Below, in pieces: positions 1 through 10,303 of a stretch of 64,000 nucleotides of DNA. This stretch comes from Deltaproteobacteria bacterium (lineage in GTDB: Bacteria > Myxococcota > Kuafuiibacteriia > Kuafuiibacteriales > Kuafuiibacteriaceae). Position 1 is the stretch's first letter. Every line of letters begins with the position of its first letter. The position numbers and the translations under genes are program-made. The notes under the pieces are model-generated. The model was not told where the DNA came from. It did no database searches and was given only the letters and a program-made list of their open reading frames with translations. Where the stretch lies: the NCBI GenBank assembly GCA_040218735.1, contig JAVJQW010000017.1, forward strand, positions 352,001 through 416,000. Direction: 5' to 3'.

Positions 1-1
1 G

Positions 2-907
2 ATGCTGGAGGGGCTCGACCTCGACGTCGACGAGCTGGCGGATCCGCGCACCTTCATCCCGCTCCCGACCGCGCGTACGTTGGTCGAGCGTGCGTACGCA
101 TTGACCGACGAGCCGGCGCTCGGGTTCTTCATGGGGACGGCGCTGCGGCTGTCGGCGCACGGTTACCTCGGCTTCGCAGCGCTCGCGGCGAAGGACGTCT
201 CCGGTGCGCTCGCCGTCGCGGAGCGGTTCGTCTCCACGCGGACCGACGCGATTCGTTTTGTCTCCAAGCGGACCGACGGGCGTGTGGCGCTGACGGTCGA
301 GCTGAACCCGGCGCTCGGCGATGCGTTCACGACGTTCCTCGTGGGCACGGTGTTCGTGACGATCGCGTTTGCGGCCGAGTTCATCACGCAACAGAAGCTC
401 GACGGCGTCGCGGAGGTGACCTTCGCCGAGCGGCCGGAGTTCGCGCGCTTCGCAGACGTGCTGCACGGGACGGTGCGCTACGGGCAGCCGAAGAACCGGC
501 TCCTCTTCGACGCCGAGATCCTCGAGCTGCCGCTCGTCATGGCGGACGACGCCGCATCGCGGCTCGCGGTCGAGCAGTGCGAGGCGGAGCTGTCGCGCAT
601 GTCGGATCTCGAGCCGGCGGTCGCGGAGGTCCGGCGGCACCTGCCGACCGCCGGGGGCTTTCGATCCCTGGAGTCCGTCGCCGAGCGCATGCACGTCTCG
701 CCGCGAACGTTGAAGCGCAAGCTGGCGAGCGCGGGGACCTCGTTCTCGCAGCTCCTCGACGAGATGCGACGCGCGCAGGCCGAATCGTTGCTGGAGGACC
801 CCGCGCTCGGGTTGGACGACATCGCGGCGCGTCTGGGCTACGCCAACGCCGCGAACTTCTCGCGCGCGTTCCGCCGGTGGACCGGACGAACCCCGCGCGG
901 CGGCTGA
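2..907 (+). CDS. AraC-family transcriptional regulator (Arabinose_bd_2 + HTH); may be 5'-truncated by the window edge
   Basis: C-terminal AraC HTH motifs SLESVAERMHVSPRTLKRKL and IAARLGYANAANFSRAFRRWTGRTP; N-terminal HGYLGFAAL ligand-domain motif. Confidence 0.93.
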   Translation: MLEGLDLDVDELADPRTFIPLPTARTLVERAYALTDEPALGFFMGTALRLSAHGYLGFAALAAKDVSGALAVAERFVSTRTDAIRFVSKRTDGRVALTVELNPALGDAFTTFLVGTVFVTIAFAAEFITQQKLDGVAEVTFAERPEFARFADVLHGTVRYGQPKNRLLFDAEILELPLVMADDAASRLAVEQCEAELSRMSDLEPAVAEVRRHLPTAGGFRSLESVAERMHVSPRTLKRKLASAGTSFSQLLDEMRRAQAESLLEDPALGLDDIAARLGYANAANFSRAFRRWTGRTPRGG

Positions 908-949
908 ACCGCGTTGCGTCGCGGTGAGCGGCGCGCCACAGTGGCGGCC

Positions 950-1747
950 ATGAGCACGTTTTCGCCGAGCGGAGTCATCACGCTGACCACGGACTTCGGG
1001 CACAAGGGCCCGTTCGTGGCGTCGATGAAGGGCGTGATGATGACGCGTTTCCCGAACGTGCGGATCGTCGACCTCACGCACGAGATCGTGGAGCACTGGC
1101 CGGCCGAGGCGGGCTTCTGGCTGGAGCGCTCGTACCGCTACTTCCCGCAGGGCACGGTGCACATGGCGGTCGTGGACCCGGGCGTCGGGACTTCGCGGCA
1201 CATCATCGCCGCCGAGCACGACGGTCACGTGTTCATCGCGCCGGACAACGGGCTGCTCACACCGATGCTCGACCTGGACGCGGAGTTCGTCCGCGCGATC
1301 GACATCGCGCGCATCGGCAAGCTCGTCCCCGACACCCCCAGCGCCACCTTCCACGGCCGCGACATCTTCGCGCCGGTGGCGGCGGAGATCGCCGCGGGCC
1401 GACTGCGCGTGACCGACGTCGGCTTCGTGGTGCGCGAGCTCGTCCCTTCGTGGGTCGAGCCGGCGGAGATCGTGGGCGACGAGATCCGCGGCATGGTCAT
1501 CGCGGTCGACAACTTCGGCAACCTGATGACCAACGTCGGGGCCGAGCTGCTGAAGGACTTCGGCGGGACGGCGGTGCACGTCGGCGGCATCGACGCGCCC
1601 ATTCACCGGACGTATGCGGACAAGAAGCCCGGGGAGTACCTCGCGCTGTTGAACTCGTTCGACGTCCTCGAGGTCGCGCGCGCCGAGAAAAGCGCATCCG
1701 ACGATCTCGGGGTGTCGCGCGGCGCGCCGGTGGTGGTGAAGCGCTGA
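950..1747 (+). CDS. SAM hydroxide adenosyltransferase / chlorinase-fluorinase family (DUF62)
   Basis: ITLTTDFG, VVDPGVGT, APDNGLL, SATFHGRDIFAP and VDNFGNLMTN motifs; ATG at 950 preferred over 914. Confidence 0.93.
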   Translation: MSTFSPSGVITLTTDFGHKGPFVASMKGVMMTRFPNVRIVDLTHEIVEHWPAEAGFWLERSYRYFPQGTVHMAVVDPGVGTSRHIIAAEHDGHVFIAPDNGLLTPMLDLDAEFVRAIDIARIGKLVPDTPSATFHGRDIFAPVAAEIAAGRLRVTDVGFVVRELVPSWVEPAEIVGDEIRGMVIAVDNFGNLMTNVGAELLKDFGGTAVHVGGIDAPIHRTYADKKPGEYLALLNSFDVLEVARAEKSASDDLGVSRGAPVVVKR

Positions 1748-1750
1748 CGC

Positions 1751-4189
1751 TCAGGGCGCCGGGGGGATCGGCTCCGCGACGTCCTTGCACTGGTACCGCT
1801 CGGTGAAGTCCGCCTGCTCGAAGTCCGGGTCGAGCGGCGCGGGCTCCGCGTACGCAAACTCCTGGCCGTTGATCGACACGACACCGCGGATGAAGTTCGT
1901 CTGACCGGTGCCGACGTACGAGCCATTGAAGGCCTCGATCCGAACGTAGTCGATCTGCACGTCGAACTGTTTGCCGTCGAAGAAGATCGTCGCGGGGGTG
2001 CTGGAGAGCTCGACGTCCGTCATGTGCGCGATGTTGGTCTGCGTGCCGAAGTAACCCGGCTCGCTCGCCCTCTCCGCGAGGATCGGCTTCACGTGCGCGC
2101 GCACGGTCGCCGACTCGATGAACATCGCACGCGACGACTCCATCGCGCCGGGTTCGAGGTCGTACGCGACGAACCGATCGAGGGCCACGGCGTGCATCGT
2201 GATGTCGACCGGCTCGTTGCCCTTCGGGATGATCGAATCGAAGAGGAAGTACTCCGTGTCGCGCAGCCCGCTCACGGTGCGCGTCACGTTGAAGTCCGCG
2301 GTACCGCCGTAGTTCTTCGTGCGACCCTTGCAGTCTTCGTCGTACTGCGTCCCGTTGCGCCCGTTCAGGCGGCAGCCGTCGATCGTCCAGGTCATCGACC
2401 CCATCTCGCCGTCGTCGCCGACGACCTCGTCCGGGAACGCCTTCACGCGTAGCGCCTCGAAGCCACAGTCGTCGTCGTTGTTGATCAAGGTGCCGAGCGC
2501 GCCGACGGTCTGAACGACCAGGCGCCCCGCCCCCTCGGCGAGCGCCTGCTGCATGTCGCACTCGCTGTCGTCCTTCGGGATGCGAAGGTCCGCGTCGCAG
2601 GTGTAGCTGCTGTCGAACGCCGCCGCGTCGAAGCCGGGGTCGAGGATCGGCGCGTCGGAGATCGGGATGTCGAACACGTCACCGTCGACGACCATCTGCC
2701 CCGCGAGGTAGTTCTCGCGATCGCCCTTCCGGCCGTTCTGCGCTTCGAGGTTGGAGGTGTCGAGCCCGACACCGAACGTGAGGCCGCCGCTCGCGACCTC
2801 CACGACGGCGTTCGACCACCGCACTTCTTCGAAGCTCGTCACCGGCGTCTGTTTGCTGCACGCGCCGGTGACGACGTCGATGGCTACGCGCGGGAGCACG
2901 CGCCCCGACAGCTCACCGGACTCCACGCTGAGCACGTTCTCACCCGGGTCGGTCCAGACCGAGAAGCCCTCGAAGGCCGCGGTGATCTCCACCGCCGCGG
3001 GGTCGCGCGTGGTCGGGACGATCGCGTCCTCCGGGTCGCCGGAGACGTATCCGCGCACCGTCTTCGTCCCGCGGACGTGGATGGTGCCCGTGGCGTAGGT
3101 GTTCTTGCCGTTGCAGTCGGTGTCGATGACGGTGCCCGCGTCGAAGCGCATCGTGCACGACGGCATCGTGTACGTCGCGGCGCCGCCCGGCTCGCCGACG
3201 TTGCCTTGGACGATGGGGTTGTACTTCACGTCGGCGCTCGAGAAGCCGCAGCTCTCGTCGGCCTCGGCGAGTTTGGCGAGCATGCCGAGCGTTTGGATCG
3301 TCAGCTGCGATGCGCCCTGCGCGACGATCGGGCGGATGTCGGTCTGGCAGTCGTAGCGGACGGGGACGGCGAGCTCCGGTTTACACGCGTACGCTTCGAT
3401 CTGCTTGGCGCGATCGTAGTCGGGGTTGAGGGCGTGCTCGTCGTCGCTGGTCGGGATCGCCTCTTCCGAGCCCCACACGTTGATCGTACCCCACAGCTCG
3501 TTCTCGCGGTCCTCGAACCTGCCGTTCACCGCGGAGAGGTTGGAGCCGTTCACCTCCACCTCGAAGTCGCGGTCCTCCGTGACGATGCGGACGCGCGAGG
3601 GCGCGTACTGGATCGCTTCGAGCGTGGCGTCGCCGGTCGCTACCGAGCACACGCCGCGGTCGCGGTCGGCGGCGACGCGCGGTTTCACGATCGCGGCGAC
3701 GGAGCCGGTGATCATCGTTAGGGACGCGTCGCTGTCGGAGCTGGCGACCTTGAAGTGGTCGTACTCGGCGCGCTCGATGTGGACGGTGACCGCGGTCGGT
3801 CCGGCGGGGACGACGGGGGTGCCGCGGTCGCCGGTGATGTACCCTTCGATGGTCCGCGTCGCGGTGACCTTCACGTGGCCGCTCATCTCGGAGGCGACGT
3901 CGTTGCAGTCGGTGCTCACCTCGGGTGTGCCGAAGTCGAGCTCGCAGCCCTCCACGCGCCACGTGACGCTGCCGGTCTGCCCGGGCTCCGCGGAGGCGAC
4001 CCAGCTGTCCTTCGCGGCTTCACTCTCGAAGCCGCACACCGCGTCGTCGTTGATCGCGCTGGCGATCGCGCCGACGTTCCGGATCGTGAGCCGCGCGAGC
4101 CCCTGACCCACACGACCCGGAGCGCACTTCTCACAAGCGACCAACGACAGCGCGAGGAAGATGACGGCGTAAGGCTTCCGCTCGACCAT
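1751..4189 (-). CDS. Cys-rich lipoprotein made of three ~255-aa tandem repeats, function unknown
   Basis: Lipobox LSLVAC; three copies of GxxxLxxxxxGxxxxxxxxDxxCGF followed by DC and YxC motifs. Confidence 0.8.
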   Translation of the reverse strand: MVERKPYAVIFLALSLVACEKCAPGRVGQGLARLTIRNVGAIASAINDDAVCGFESEAAKDSWVASAEPGQTGSVTWRVEGCELDFGTPEVSTDCNDVASEMSGHVKVTATRTIEGYITGDRGTPVVPAGPTAVTVHIERAEYDHFKVASSDSDASLTMITGSVAAIVKPRVAADRDRGVCSVATGDATLEAIQYAPSRVRIVTEDRDFEVEVNGSNLSAVNGRFEDRENELWGTINVWGSEEAIPTSDDEHALNPDYDRAKQIEAYACKPELAVPVRYDCQTDIRPIVAQGASQLTIQTLGMLAKLAEADESCGFSSADVKYNPIVQGNVGEPGGAATYTMPSCTMRFDAGTVIDTDCNGKNTYATGTIHVRGTKTVRGYVSGDPEDAIVPTTRDPAAVEITAAFEGFSVWTDPGENVLSVESGELSGRVLPRVAIDVVTGACSKQTPVTSFEEVRWSNAVVEVASGGLTFGVGLDTSNLEAQNGRKGDRENYLAGQMVVDGDVFDIPISDAPILDPGFDAAAFDSSYTCDADLRIPKDDSECDMQQALAEGAGRLVVQTVGALGTLINNDDDCGFEALRVKAFPDEVVGDDGEMGSMTWTIDGCRLNGRNGTQYDEDCKGRTKNYGGTADFNVTRTVSGLRDTEYFLFDSIIPKGNEPVDITMHAVALDRFVAYDLEPGAMESSRAMFIESATVRAHVKPILAERASEPGYFGTQTNIAHMTDVELSSTPATIFFDGKQFDVQIDYVRIEAFNGSYVGTGQTNFIRGVVSINGQEFAYAEPAPLDPDFEQADFTERYQCKDVAEPIPPAP

Positions 4190-4236
4190 GGAGCGAGTGA
4201 AGCACAAAGTATGTAGTAGCACTCAATGCTACTAGG

Positions 4237-5388
4237 TCATTCGTCGTACTCCGGCTTCTGGACCGGATAGTCCAGCTCGTCGCCACGGAGCGCGCGTTCG
4301 ACCCGATCGAGCAAGATGTCCAGCTGGTGGAGCGTCGCCGCCGGACGCGTCGCGTCGAGGTGGCCGAGCGCGAGCTCCGTCTCGCCGGTCCTCGCGTAAG
4401 CCTCCGCGAGGAAGAGTCTGACGACGACGAGCATCCCGGCGTAGATGGCGCGCGGCTTCAGGTTGGCGACCTCCGCAACGGCCCCTTCGAGGCGCGCTCG
4501 GGCCTCCGCGTAGCGCTTGCGCTCCAACGCGTGGACGCCTTCGACCCACGCCACGGAGAACCGCATCGGGGGCATGAGGGACGCACGATCCAGACGCGCG
4601 AGATAGGCCTCTGCGCCCGCGAGGTCACCAGCGAGGACCGCCCGCTTCTGCGCAAGCTCGAGGAGGAGCATTGGGTTGTCAGGCTGCGCTGCGAGGGCGC
4701 GCTCCGACCAACGCAGCGCACCGTCGTAGTCGTGGGCTCGGTCGAGGATCGTCGCGACCTGGCTCGCGTAGGCCACGTCGGGCACGACCCCCTCGTACGG
4801 CTCGATGGTGCGGAGGGCCTCGGCGTGGGCCCCCTGGCTACCGAGGACCTTCGCGCGCATGTGCGCGAGCGTGAAGTCATCGAGGTGGGCGCTCAGCGCG
4901 TCGAGGTGGTGAAGCGCGTCGTCCCAACGACCTTCGAAGTGCGCCAGGTGAAAGGCCTCGTGTGCTCGCGTGGGTCCGAACCACGTCACGAAGGTCGCCC
5001 CCGCCAACGGCGTCAGCGCGAGCCCCAACGCGGCGACGCTGATCCACCCGAACGCACCGCCCATGACGTACTCGCCCACGGCAGCGACGGCAGCGAGGGC
5101 GATCAACCAACGCAACCGACGCGCGATCTCGAGCGCGGCCAAGAGCCACAAGGAGCCGCCCCCTTCGCCAAGTCGAACGCGGTCCTCGGCGGACATGTTC
5201 TCGAGGAGCTCGCGCGCATCGACATCGCGTAGCACGATGCCGCCGGTCAGCGAGTCGTCGGTACGCAGCGCGATGACGCGGTGCCCCGCCTTCTTCGCCT
5301 CCTCGACGGCGAGGGCGCCACTGGCGGCCTCGATGCGGACGAAGTCACTACGGCCCGCGTCCCCCTCGACCTCCACGATGAACTGCAC
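4237..5388 (-). CDS. Membrane protein with C-terminal TPR-like repeats
   Basis: Two hydrophobic segments near aa 90-135; TPR-like helices (DYDGALRWSERALAAQPDNP, RYAEARARLEGA). Confidence 0.7.
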   Translation of the reverse strand: MQFIVEVEGDAGRSDFVRIEAASGALAVEEAKKAGHRVIALRTDDSLTGGIVLRDVDARELLENMSAEDRVRLGEGGGSLWLLAALEIARRLRWLIALAAVAAVGEYVMGGAFGWISVAALGLALTPLAGATFVTWFGPTRAHEAFHLAHFEGRWDDALHHLDALSAHLDDFTLAHMRAKVLGSQGAHAEALRTIEPYEGVVPDVAYASQVATILDRAHDYDGALRWSERALAAQPDNPMLLLELAQKRAVLAGDLAGAEAYLARLDRASLMPPMRFSVAWVEGVHALERKRYAEARARLEGAVAEVANLKPRAIYAGMLVVVRLFLAEAYARTGETELALGHLDATRPAATLHQLDILLDRVERALRGDELDYPVQKPEYDE

Positions 5389-5471
5389 GGCTCGACTATC
5401 CGTCGCCAGCGCGCTTTCGAGAAGGGCCTGCGTTGCGTCCCACGCTCTCGGGTGTTTCGATTCGAAGCGCC

Positions 5472-5882
5472 GTGGCCGGGTACTCGGGGACGCCGCTCGT
5501 CAAGAAGCTCGGGATCAAGGAGGGGCACGCCGTCCTCCTCCTCGACGCGCCCGACGGCTTCGACGCGACGCTCGGCGCGCTCCCGCTGGGCGTCGACGTC
5601 CGCACCACCCTCCGAAGCCGAGGGCCGTTCGACGTCATCGTCTGCTTCACGAAGTCCCGCGCGAAGATCCTCGCGTCCTTCGACAAACTCCACGCGCGCA
5701 TGAAACCGGCGTGCGGCCTGTGGTTCTGCTGGCCGAAGAAGGCCTCGAAGGTTCCGACCGACGTCACCGAGGACGTCATCCGAAACATCGCCCTCGAGAA
5801 GGGCCTCGTCGACAACAAGGTCTGCGCGGTCGATCAGGTCTGGTCAGGGCTGCGCGTCGTCATCCGTCGCGAGAACCGATGA
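5472..5882 (+). CDS. DUF3052-family protein
   Basis: AGYSGTPLVKKLGIK, WFCWPKKAS and GLVDNKVCAVDQVWSGLR motifs; GTG start at 5472. Confidence 0.88.
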   Translation: MAGYSGTPLVKKLGIKEGHAVLLLDAPDGFDATLGALPLGVDVRTTLRSRGPFDVIVCFTKSRAKILASFDKLHARMKPACGLWFCWPKKASKVPTDVTEDVIRNIALEKGLVDNKVCAVDQVWSGLRVVIRRENR

Positions 5883-5919
5883 CACGTTTGCGAGGCGCGC
5901 GCGCTCCGGGCACGCTGCG

Positions 5920-7344
5920 GTGATGCGACGCCTCGCCTGGACCGCCGTCTTCCTCGCTGCGTGCAGCGGCAACGATCGTGAGCCCGGCCCGCCCGTCGTC
6001 ATCGTCGACGCGGGCAGCTCGAGAGACGCCGGCACCGACGAGCCCCCGCGCGACGCCGGCACCACCGACGCCGGCTCCCGCGACGGCGGCACACGCGACG
6101 GCGGACCCCACGACGGCGGGGCACGCGACGGCGGCCCGCGCGACGGCGGAACACGCGACGGCGGGAGCACCCCGGCGTGCGCGTGGCCCCTCGGCGCTCC
6201 GCTCGGCAACGGCGTGAACCCACCGCCGCGTCGCGACCACGCGATCGCCGCGGATCCCGAGTGCCGACGTGTGCTGATCTTCGGCGGCAACGACGCGGTC
6301 CCGAACAATTGCGCGCCGACCGCCGCGAACTACCTCGGCGACTTCTACACCTACGACCTCGCGACCAACGCCTGGTACACGCAGCCCGTCGCGTCCGGCG
6401 TCGCGCCGGGCCCCCGCGCGCGCGCCGGCGCCGTTTGGGATCCGATGCGGCGCCGCTTCGTGATGTTCGGCGGCCGCTACCGCGCCGGCACCACCGGCAA
6501 CTACACGCACTACGACGAGCTGTGGGCGTACGACGTCACGACGCAGACCTGGAGCCCGCTCGTCTCCGGCGCCCCGACCTCGCCCTCACCGCGGATGGGC
6601 TTGGTCATGGAGGCCGACCCGACGCGCGACCGCTTCGTCCTGCACGGCGGCGGCGAAGCGACCAGCCTCGAGTTCATCCCGCGGAACGACACGTGGGCGT
6701 ACAGCTACGCCCTCGCCGACTGGTCACGCATCGGCCTCATCAGCGCACCACCCGGACGCCTCCTGCACGCCGGCGCGCTCGACTCCGCGGCGGGGCACCT
6801 CGACATCTTCGGCGGCGGCGACGAAAACGCGTTCTTCGGCTTCCGCGCCGAGGCGTGGCGCCTCGACTTCGGCACCGACACCTGGACACAACACCCGATG
6901 GGCCCGGGCGAACGCGCCTTCACGCACATGGTCCACGACGCCGACTCGGGCGCCTCCGTCGTGTTCGGCGGCAACACGGCCGAGCAGATCGGCATCGACA
7001 ACGATCTGTGGCGCCTCGCCGGTTCGCCGCCCACCTGGACGCGCGTGCGCCAGGGCGACGTCTACGCAAACCCGGCGCGCGGCTTCTGTGACTTCCCCGG
7101 CGACTTCACGACCGCCGACCTCGCGAGCCCCGAGCGCCGCGACGGCGCGGGCTTCGTCGCGGTGTCCTCGTCGGAGGCAATCCTCTTCGGCGGTCGCAGC
7201 GACTGCGGCGTCCTCAACGACACCTGGCACCTCGACCTGAGCACGAACACCTGGACCGAGCAGATCGTCTCCGACGCCGGGCTCACCTGTCCGCGCCGCG
7301 CGGGCGCGAGCTGCGCTGGAGCCAACTCGAACCTCTGCGAATAG
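5920..7344 (+). CDS. Kelch-repeat beta-propeller lipoprotein
   Basis: Lipobox FLAAC, DAG/RDGG linker, repeated FGG...ND/DE-W-x-Y-D...W Kelch units. Confidence 0.88.
   Translation: MMRRLAWTAVFLAACSGNDREPGPPVVIVDAGSSRDAGTDEPPRDAGTTDAGSRDGGTRDGGPHDGGARDGGPRDGGTRDGGSTPACAWPLGAPLGNGVNPPPRRDHAIAADPECRRVLIFGGNDAVPNNCAPTAANYLGDFYTYDLATNAWYTQPVASGVAPGPRARAGAVWDPMRRRFVMFGGRYRAGTTGNYTHYDELWAYDVTTQTWSPLVSGAPTSPSPRMGLVMEADPTRDRFVLHGGGEATSLEFIPRNDTWAYSYALADWSRIGLISAPPGRLLHAGALDSAAGHLDIFGGGDENAFFGFRAEAWRLDFGTDTWTQHPMGPGERAFTHMVHDADSGASVVFGGNTAEQIGIDNDLWRLAGSPPTWTRVRQGDVYANPARGFCDFPGDFTTADLASPERRDGAGFVAVSSSEAILFGGRSDCGVLNDTWHLDLSTNTWTEQIVSDAGLTCPRRAGASCAGANSNLCE
6007..6165 (+). repeat. Imperfect ~15-bp coding repeat (RDAG/RDGGx linker)
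   Basis: Repeated cgcgacggcggc units encoding RDGGT, RDGGP, HDGGA and similar. Confidence 0.75.
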
Positions 7345-7346
7345 GT

Positions 7347-7901
7347 CTAGCGCTCCGGCGTCCGACGCAGATCCCAGAATACCACCGCGAACAGCGCGCT
7401 CGGCCAAACGAACGCCACCGCGATCCGCGTCGCGAGCACCCAATCGCGACCGGTCATCGAGTTGTTCGGCGTCCACCACTGCCCGACGCCGTACGCGCGC
7501 ATCGCGACGCCGATCGCCGCGAGCAAGAGGAACGGCACGAGCATGAACGCACACGCGTCGACCGCGCCCTCGAAGGTGACGCGCTGCGCTTCGTCGACTC
7601 CGCGGAGCCGGTCGAACAGGTACAGCACCGACGCCGCGACTAGCACGCCGATCAGCGGCGCGATCATCCGGTCGGCGAACATCCGCGCTACCGCGTTGAA
7701 GCCGTCGAACAGCGAGAGCCGCCCGATCAGCAGCGCCTGCCCGGCGCGCGTGGGCTGCGCCATCGCCGCGACGATCAACATCCACGGCAGCACCTCGAAC
7801 AGACCGCCGCGCCCCGCGCGTAACACACCCGTGAGCGTCGAGCGCGGCGCGATGATCACGCCGCCCAATCTCCCGAAGTGATCGAGGAGGCGCTGGATCA
7901 T
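7347..7901 (-). CDS. Multi-TM membrane protein (Yip1-like)
   Basis: N-terminal GVIIAPRSTL motif and 4-5 hydrophobic helices; ATGA overlap with the stop of the upstream gene. Confidence 0.65.
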   Translation of the reverse strand: MIQRLLDHFGRLGGVIIAPRSTLTGVLRAGRGGLFEVLPWMLIVAAMAQPTRAGQALLIGRLSLFDGFNAVARMFADRMIAPLIGVLVAASVLYLFDRLRGVDEAQRVTFEGAVDACAFMLVPFLLLAAIGVAMRAYGVGQWWTPNNSMTGRDWVLATRIAVAFVWPSALFAVVFWDLRRTPER

Positions 7902-10132
7902 GCGCGTCGGCGGCGACCGAGCATCGCCAACGCGAGGACCGCGAAGGCCGCCCACCACGAGGTCGACCCGCCCGCGTCCTGGCAGCCGCAACCGCCGCCG
8001 TCGTCACCACCACCGCCGCCGCTGCTCACGCCGGCGTCCGGCGTCTCGACGTCCATGCTGCACTCGGCGAGGAAGTTCACGATCGACAGGTCGTCGATGC
8101 CGGCCTCGATCGTCCCGCGACCGCCTTGGCTCTCGTCCGCGATCTCGAAGCGGAAGCGCATCCGGTTCGTCAGCGCCACGGCGTCGCGGATCCTGAAGCT
8201 CACGCGCGTCCAATCCTCGGTGTTCTCGTCGAAGCTGCCGAGCTCCTCGTAGGTCGTTCCGCCGTCGTTCGACACGTACACGATCAGCGGCGCCGACAGC
8301 GCCGTCGGCTCCGGCGTCGAGAAGTCGTACGCGGTGCGCCACACGTAGAACACGAGCGAAGGATCGACCGCGTCTCCGATCGCAAAGACCGGCGACTCCA
8401 GCGTCGTCCGCCCACCGTCGAGATCGTTCGTCGACACGAAGCCCTGGAGCTCGGGCCCCGTCATGAACGCGAGCTTCGCGTCACCCGGGGTGTGGTCGGC
8501 GCCCGGCTGCGTCATGACGCCGTTCACGCCGCCCATCTCGGGCTCGCCGAGCGCCCACAGGCCGCCCGTCGCGTTGTCGGTGCCGTCTGGGTTCACGCGC
8601 CAGTCGGGCGCCTCGTTCAGCGGATCGAAGCGCAGCTCGCGGCTCCCGACGCCGAGCTCGATCGACTCCTCGAACACCGGCCCCTGCGTCGTCGTGAAGC
8701 GGACCGCGAGCGGGAGGCCCACGTCGCAGGAGATCGTGCTCGACGCCGTCACCATGAACGTGCCGATCTCGATGACCTCGCCGAAGGGCAGCGGCGGCGC
8801 GTTCTGCGCGCCGGTCTGCACCGACGTCGCGGCGTTCTCCGCCACCACCTCGACCACGACGCCCTCGGCGGTCCCGATGCCGATGTTCTGGCCGAAGACC
8901 TTCACCGAGAACTGTTCGCCCGGCGCGATGATGCCGTCGCCGTCGTCGATGATCTCGTAGTTCCCGAGGACGATCTCCGGCTCGGGGCAGAGCTCGGAGA
9001 CCTTCGTGCACATCGATCCGCCGGTCCAGTTGTTCCAGGTCGTCGGGAAGTCCTCGGCGACGTCCTGCAGCACGTTCAGGTGTTGCTCCCAGCTCGACCG
9101 CGGCTCACCCGGCTCCGTCACCAGAATGAACGCCGCGCGGTAGTACGGGGCCTCGGTCAGCGGCGGCGGGATGCGCGGCATGAGATCGTCGAGGACCATC
9201 TGCATCGTCACGTTGACGCGCTCGCCGGAGACGACGTCACCCGTGCGCACGTTCGACGTTCGCTCGAGTGGATCGCCCGCTTCGTCCGTCGCGTTGCGAA
9301 TGAAGTAGAAGTCGTCGACGTCGTCCGCCGACAGCCGCCCCATCGCGTACAGCTCCAGCGGCGAGAAGCCCATGTCCGTCCCCTGGTTCGTGAACGTGTC
9401 GTCGCCGTTGTCCCGGTAGAGCCGACCGTCGTGCACCGAACCAAACGCCTGCGCGAGCGTGCTCCAGTGCGCGTTGTCGCGCCCGAGGAGCGAGAAGTTC
9501 TTCATGTTGTTCGCGTCGCGGAACGTGATGTTGAAGAGCCACCGGTGCGACAGCTCGTGCGCGATGACGCCGTGGTAGTAACCTTCGACTTCGTTCAGCC
9601 CGGAGAAGGAACCGTTCCCCCACATGAGCATGCTGTTCATGTTGGAGAAGCCCGAGAGACGACCGCCGACGGCCGGCAGCCCCCACGCGGGGCGGCTGTT
9701 GAACTGCATCTTCCCGATGCCGCTCACTTCGTTCTTGATGCCCTGGTAGTACGCGAAGCCCGCGTGCGCCTGGTCTTCGAACGTCGTGTAGATCTGAATC
9801 GTGTCGAAGACGTCGGGATACATCGCCAGGACCTGCGCGACGATCGCGCGCTGGTTGTCCTCCGAGATGCCGAACCGCCCGAGCCCGTTCTGCGACACCG
9901 TCATCGCGTCGCCCTCGAGCACGAGGATCTCCCCCTCCAGGCTCAGCGCGGATCGTTTGATCGCGATCTCTTGCTGTATGGGGTGGAAGTCGGGGTTGGG
10001 TTTGAAGCCCTGGGACATGTCGCCGTCGAGGAAGCTCGGGTGAATCTCCGGGACGGAGACGTCGGACCCGGCGGGGCCACAGGCGAAGGCGGGCAAAAGA
10101 GCGAGCCCGAGGATCCAGTAGGTATGTTGCAT
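7898..10132 (-). CDS. Secreted zinc metallopeptidase-like protein with beta-sandwich domains and MYXO-CTERM tail
   Basis: Lipobox-like PAFAC, HELSH zincin motif, FSPLELYAMG, C-terminal GGGCGC + hydrophobic helix + RRRR; the ORF-track extension to 11032 is a shadow of the opposite-strand gene. Confidence 0.82.
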   Translation of the reverse strand: MQHTYWILGLALLPAFACGPAGSDVSVPEIHPSFLDGDMSQGFKPNPDFHPIQQEIAIKRSALSLEGEILVLEGDAMTVSQNGLGRFGISEDNQRAIVAQVLAMYPDVFDTIQIYTTFEDQAHAGFAYYQGIKNEVSGIGKMQFNSRPAWGLPAVGGRLSGFSNMNSMLMWGNGSFSGLNEVEGYYHGVIAHELSHRWLFNITFRDANNMKNFSLLGRDNAHWSTLAQAFGSVHDGRLYRDNGDDTFTNQGTDMGFSPLELYAMGRLSADDVDDFYFIRNATDEAGDPLERTSNVRTGDVVSGERVNVTMQMVLDDLMPRIPPPLTEAPYYRAAFILVTEPGEPRSSWEQHLNVLQDVAEDFPTTWNNWTGGSMCTKVSELCPEPEIVLGNYEIIDDGDGIIAPGEQFSVKVFGQNIGIGTAEGVVVEVVAENAATSVQTGAQNAPPLPFGEVIEIGTFMVTASSTISCDVGLPLAVRFTTTQGPVFEESIELGVGSRELRFDPLNEAPDWRVNPDGTDNATGGLWALGEPEMGGVNGVMTQPGADHTPGDAKLAFMTGPELQGFVSTNDLDGGRTTLESPVFAIGDAVDPSLVFYVWRTAYDFSTPEPTALSAPLIVYVSNDGGTTYEELGSFDENTEDWTRVSFRIRDAVALTNRMRFRFEIADESQGGRGTIEAGIDDLSIVNFLAECSMDVETPDAGVSSGGGGGDDGGGCGCQDAGGSTSWWAAFAVLALAMLGRRRRA

Positions 10133-10303
10133 GACGGCGACCGGCATCCTGCCATACCGCGAAGCACGGGGTCTCGCCCTCGAAAACACCGCCCGGGGCA
10201 CAACGCGACGCGTCAACACCGCTCGCCCGACCCCTATCGCGATCGCCCCGCCCCCCGACTGACCGATGGCCGGTTTTGGGTGCGCACAAGGTAGGATGCA
10301 CAC

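Noticed and set aside
950-1747. True fluorinase/chlorinase
   Set aside because: It keeps the TFHGRD motif typical of DUF62 SAM hydrolases and there is no halometabolite cluster nearby
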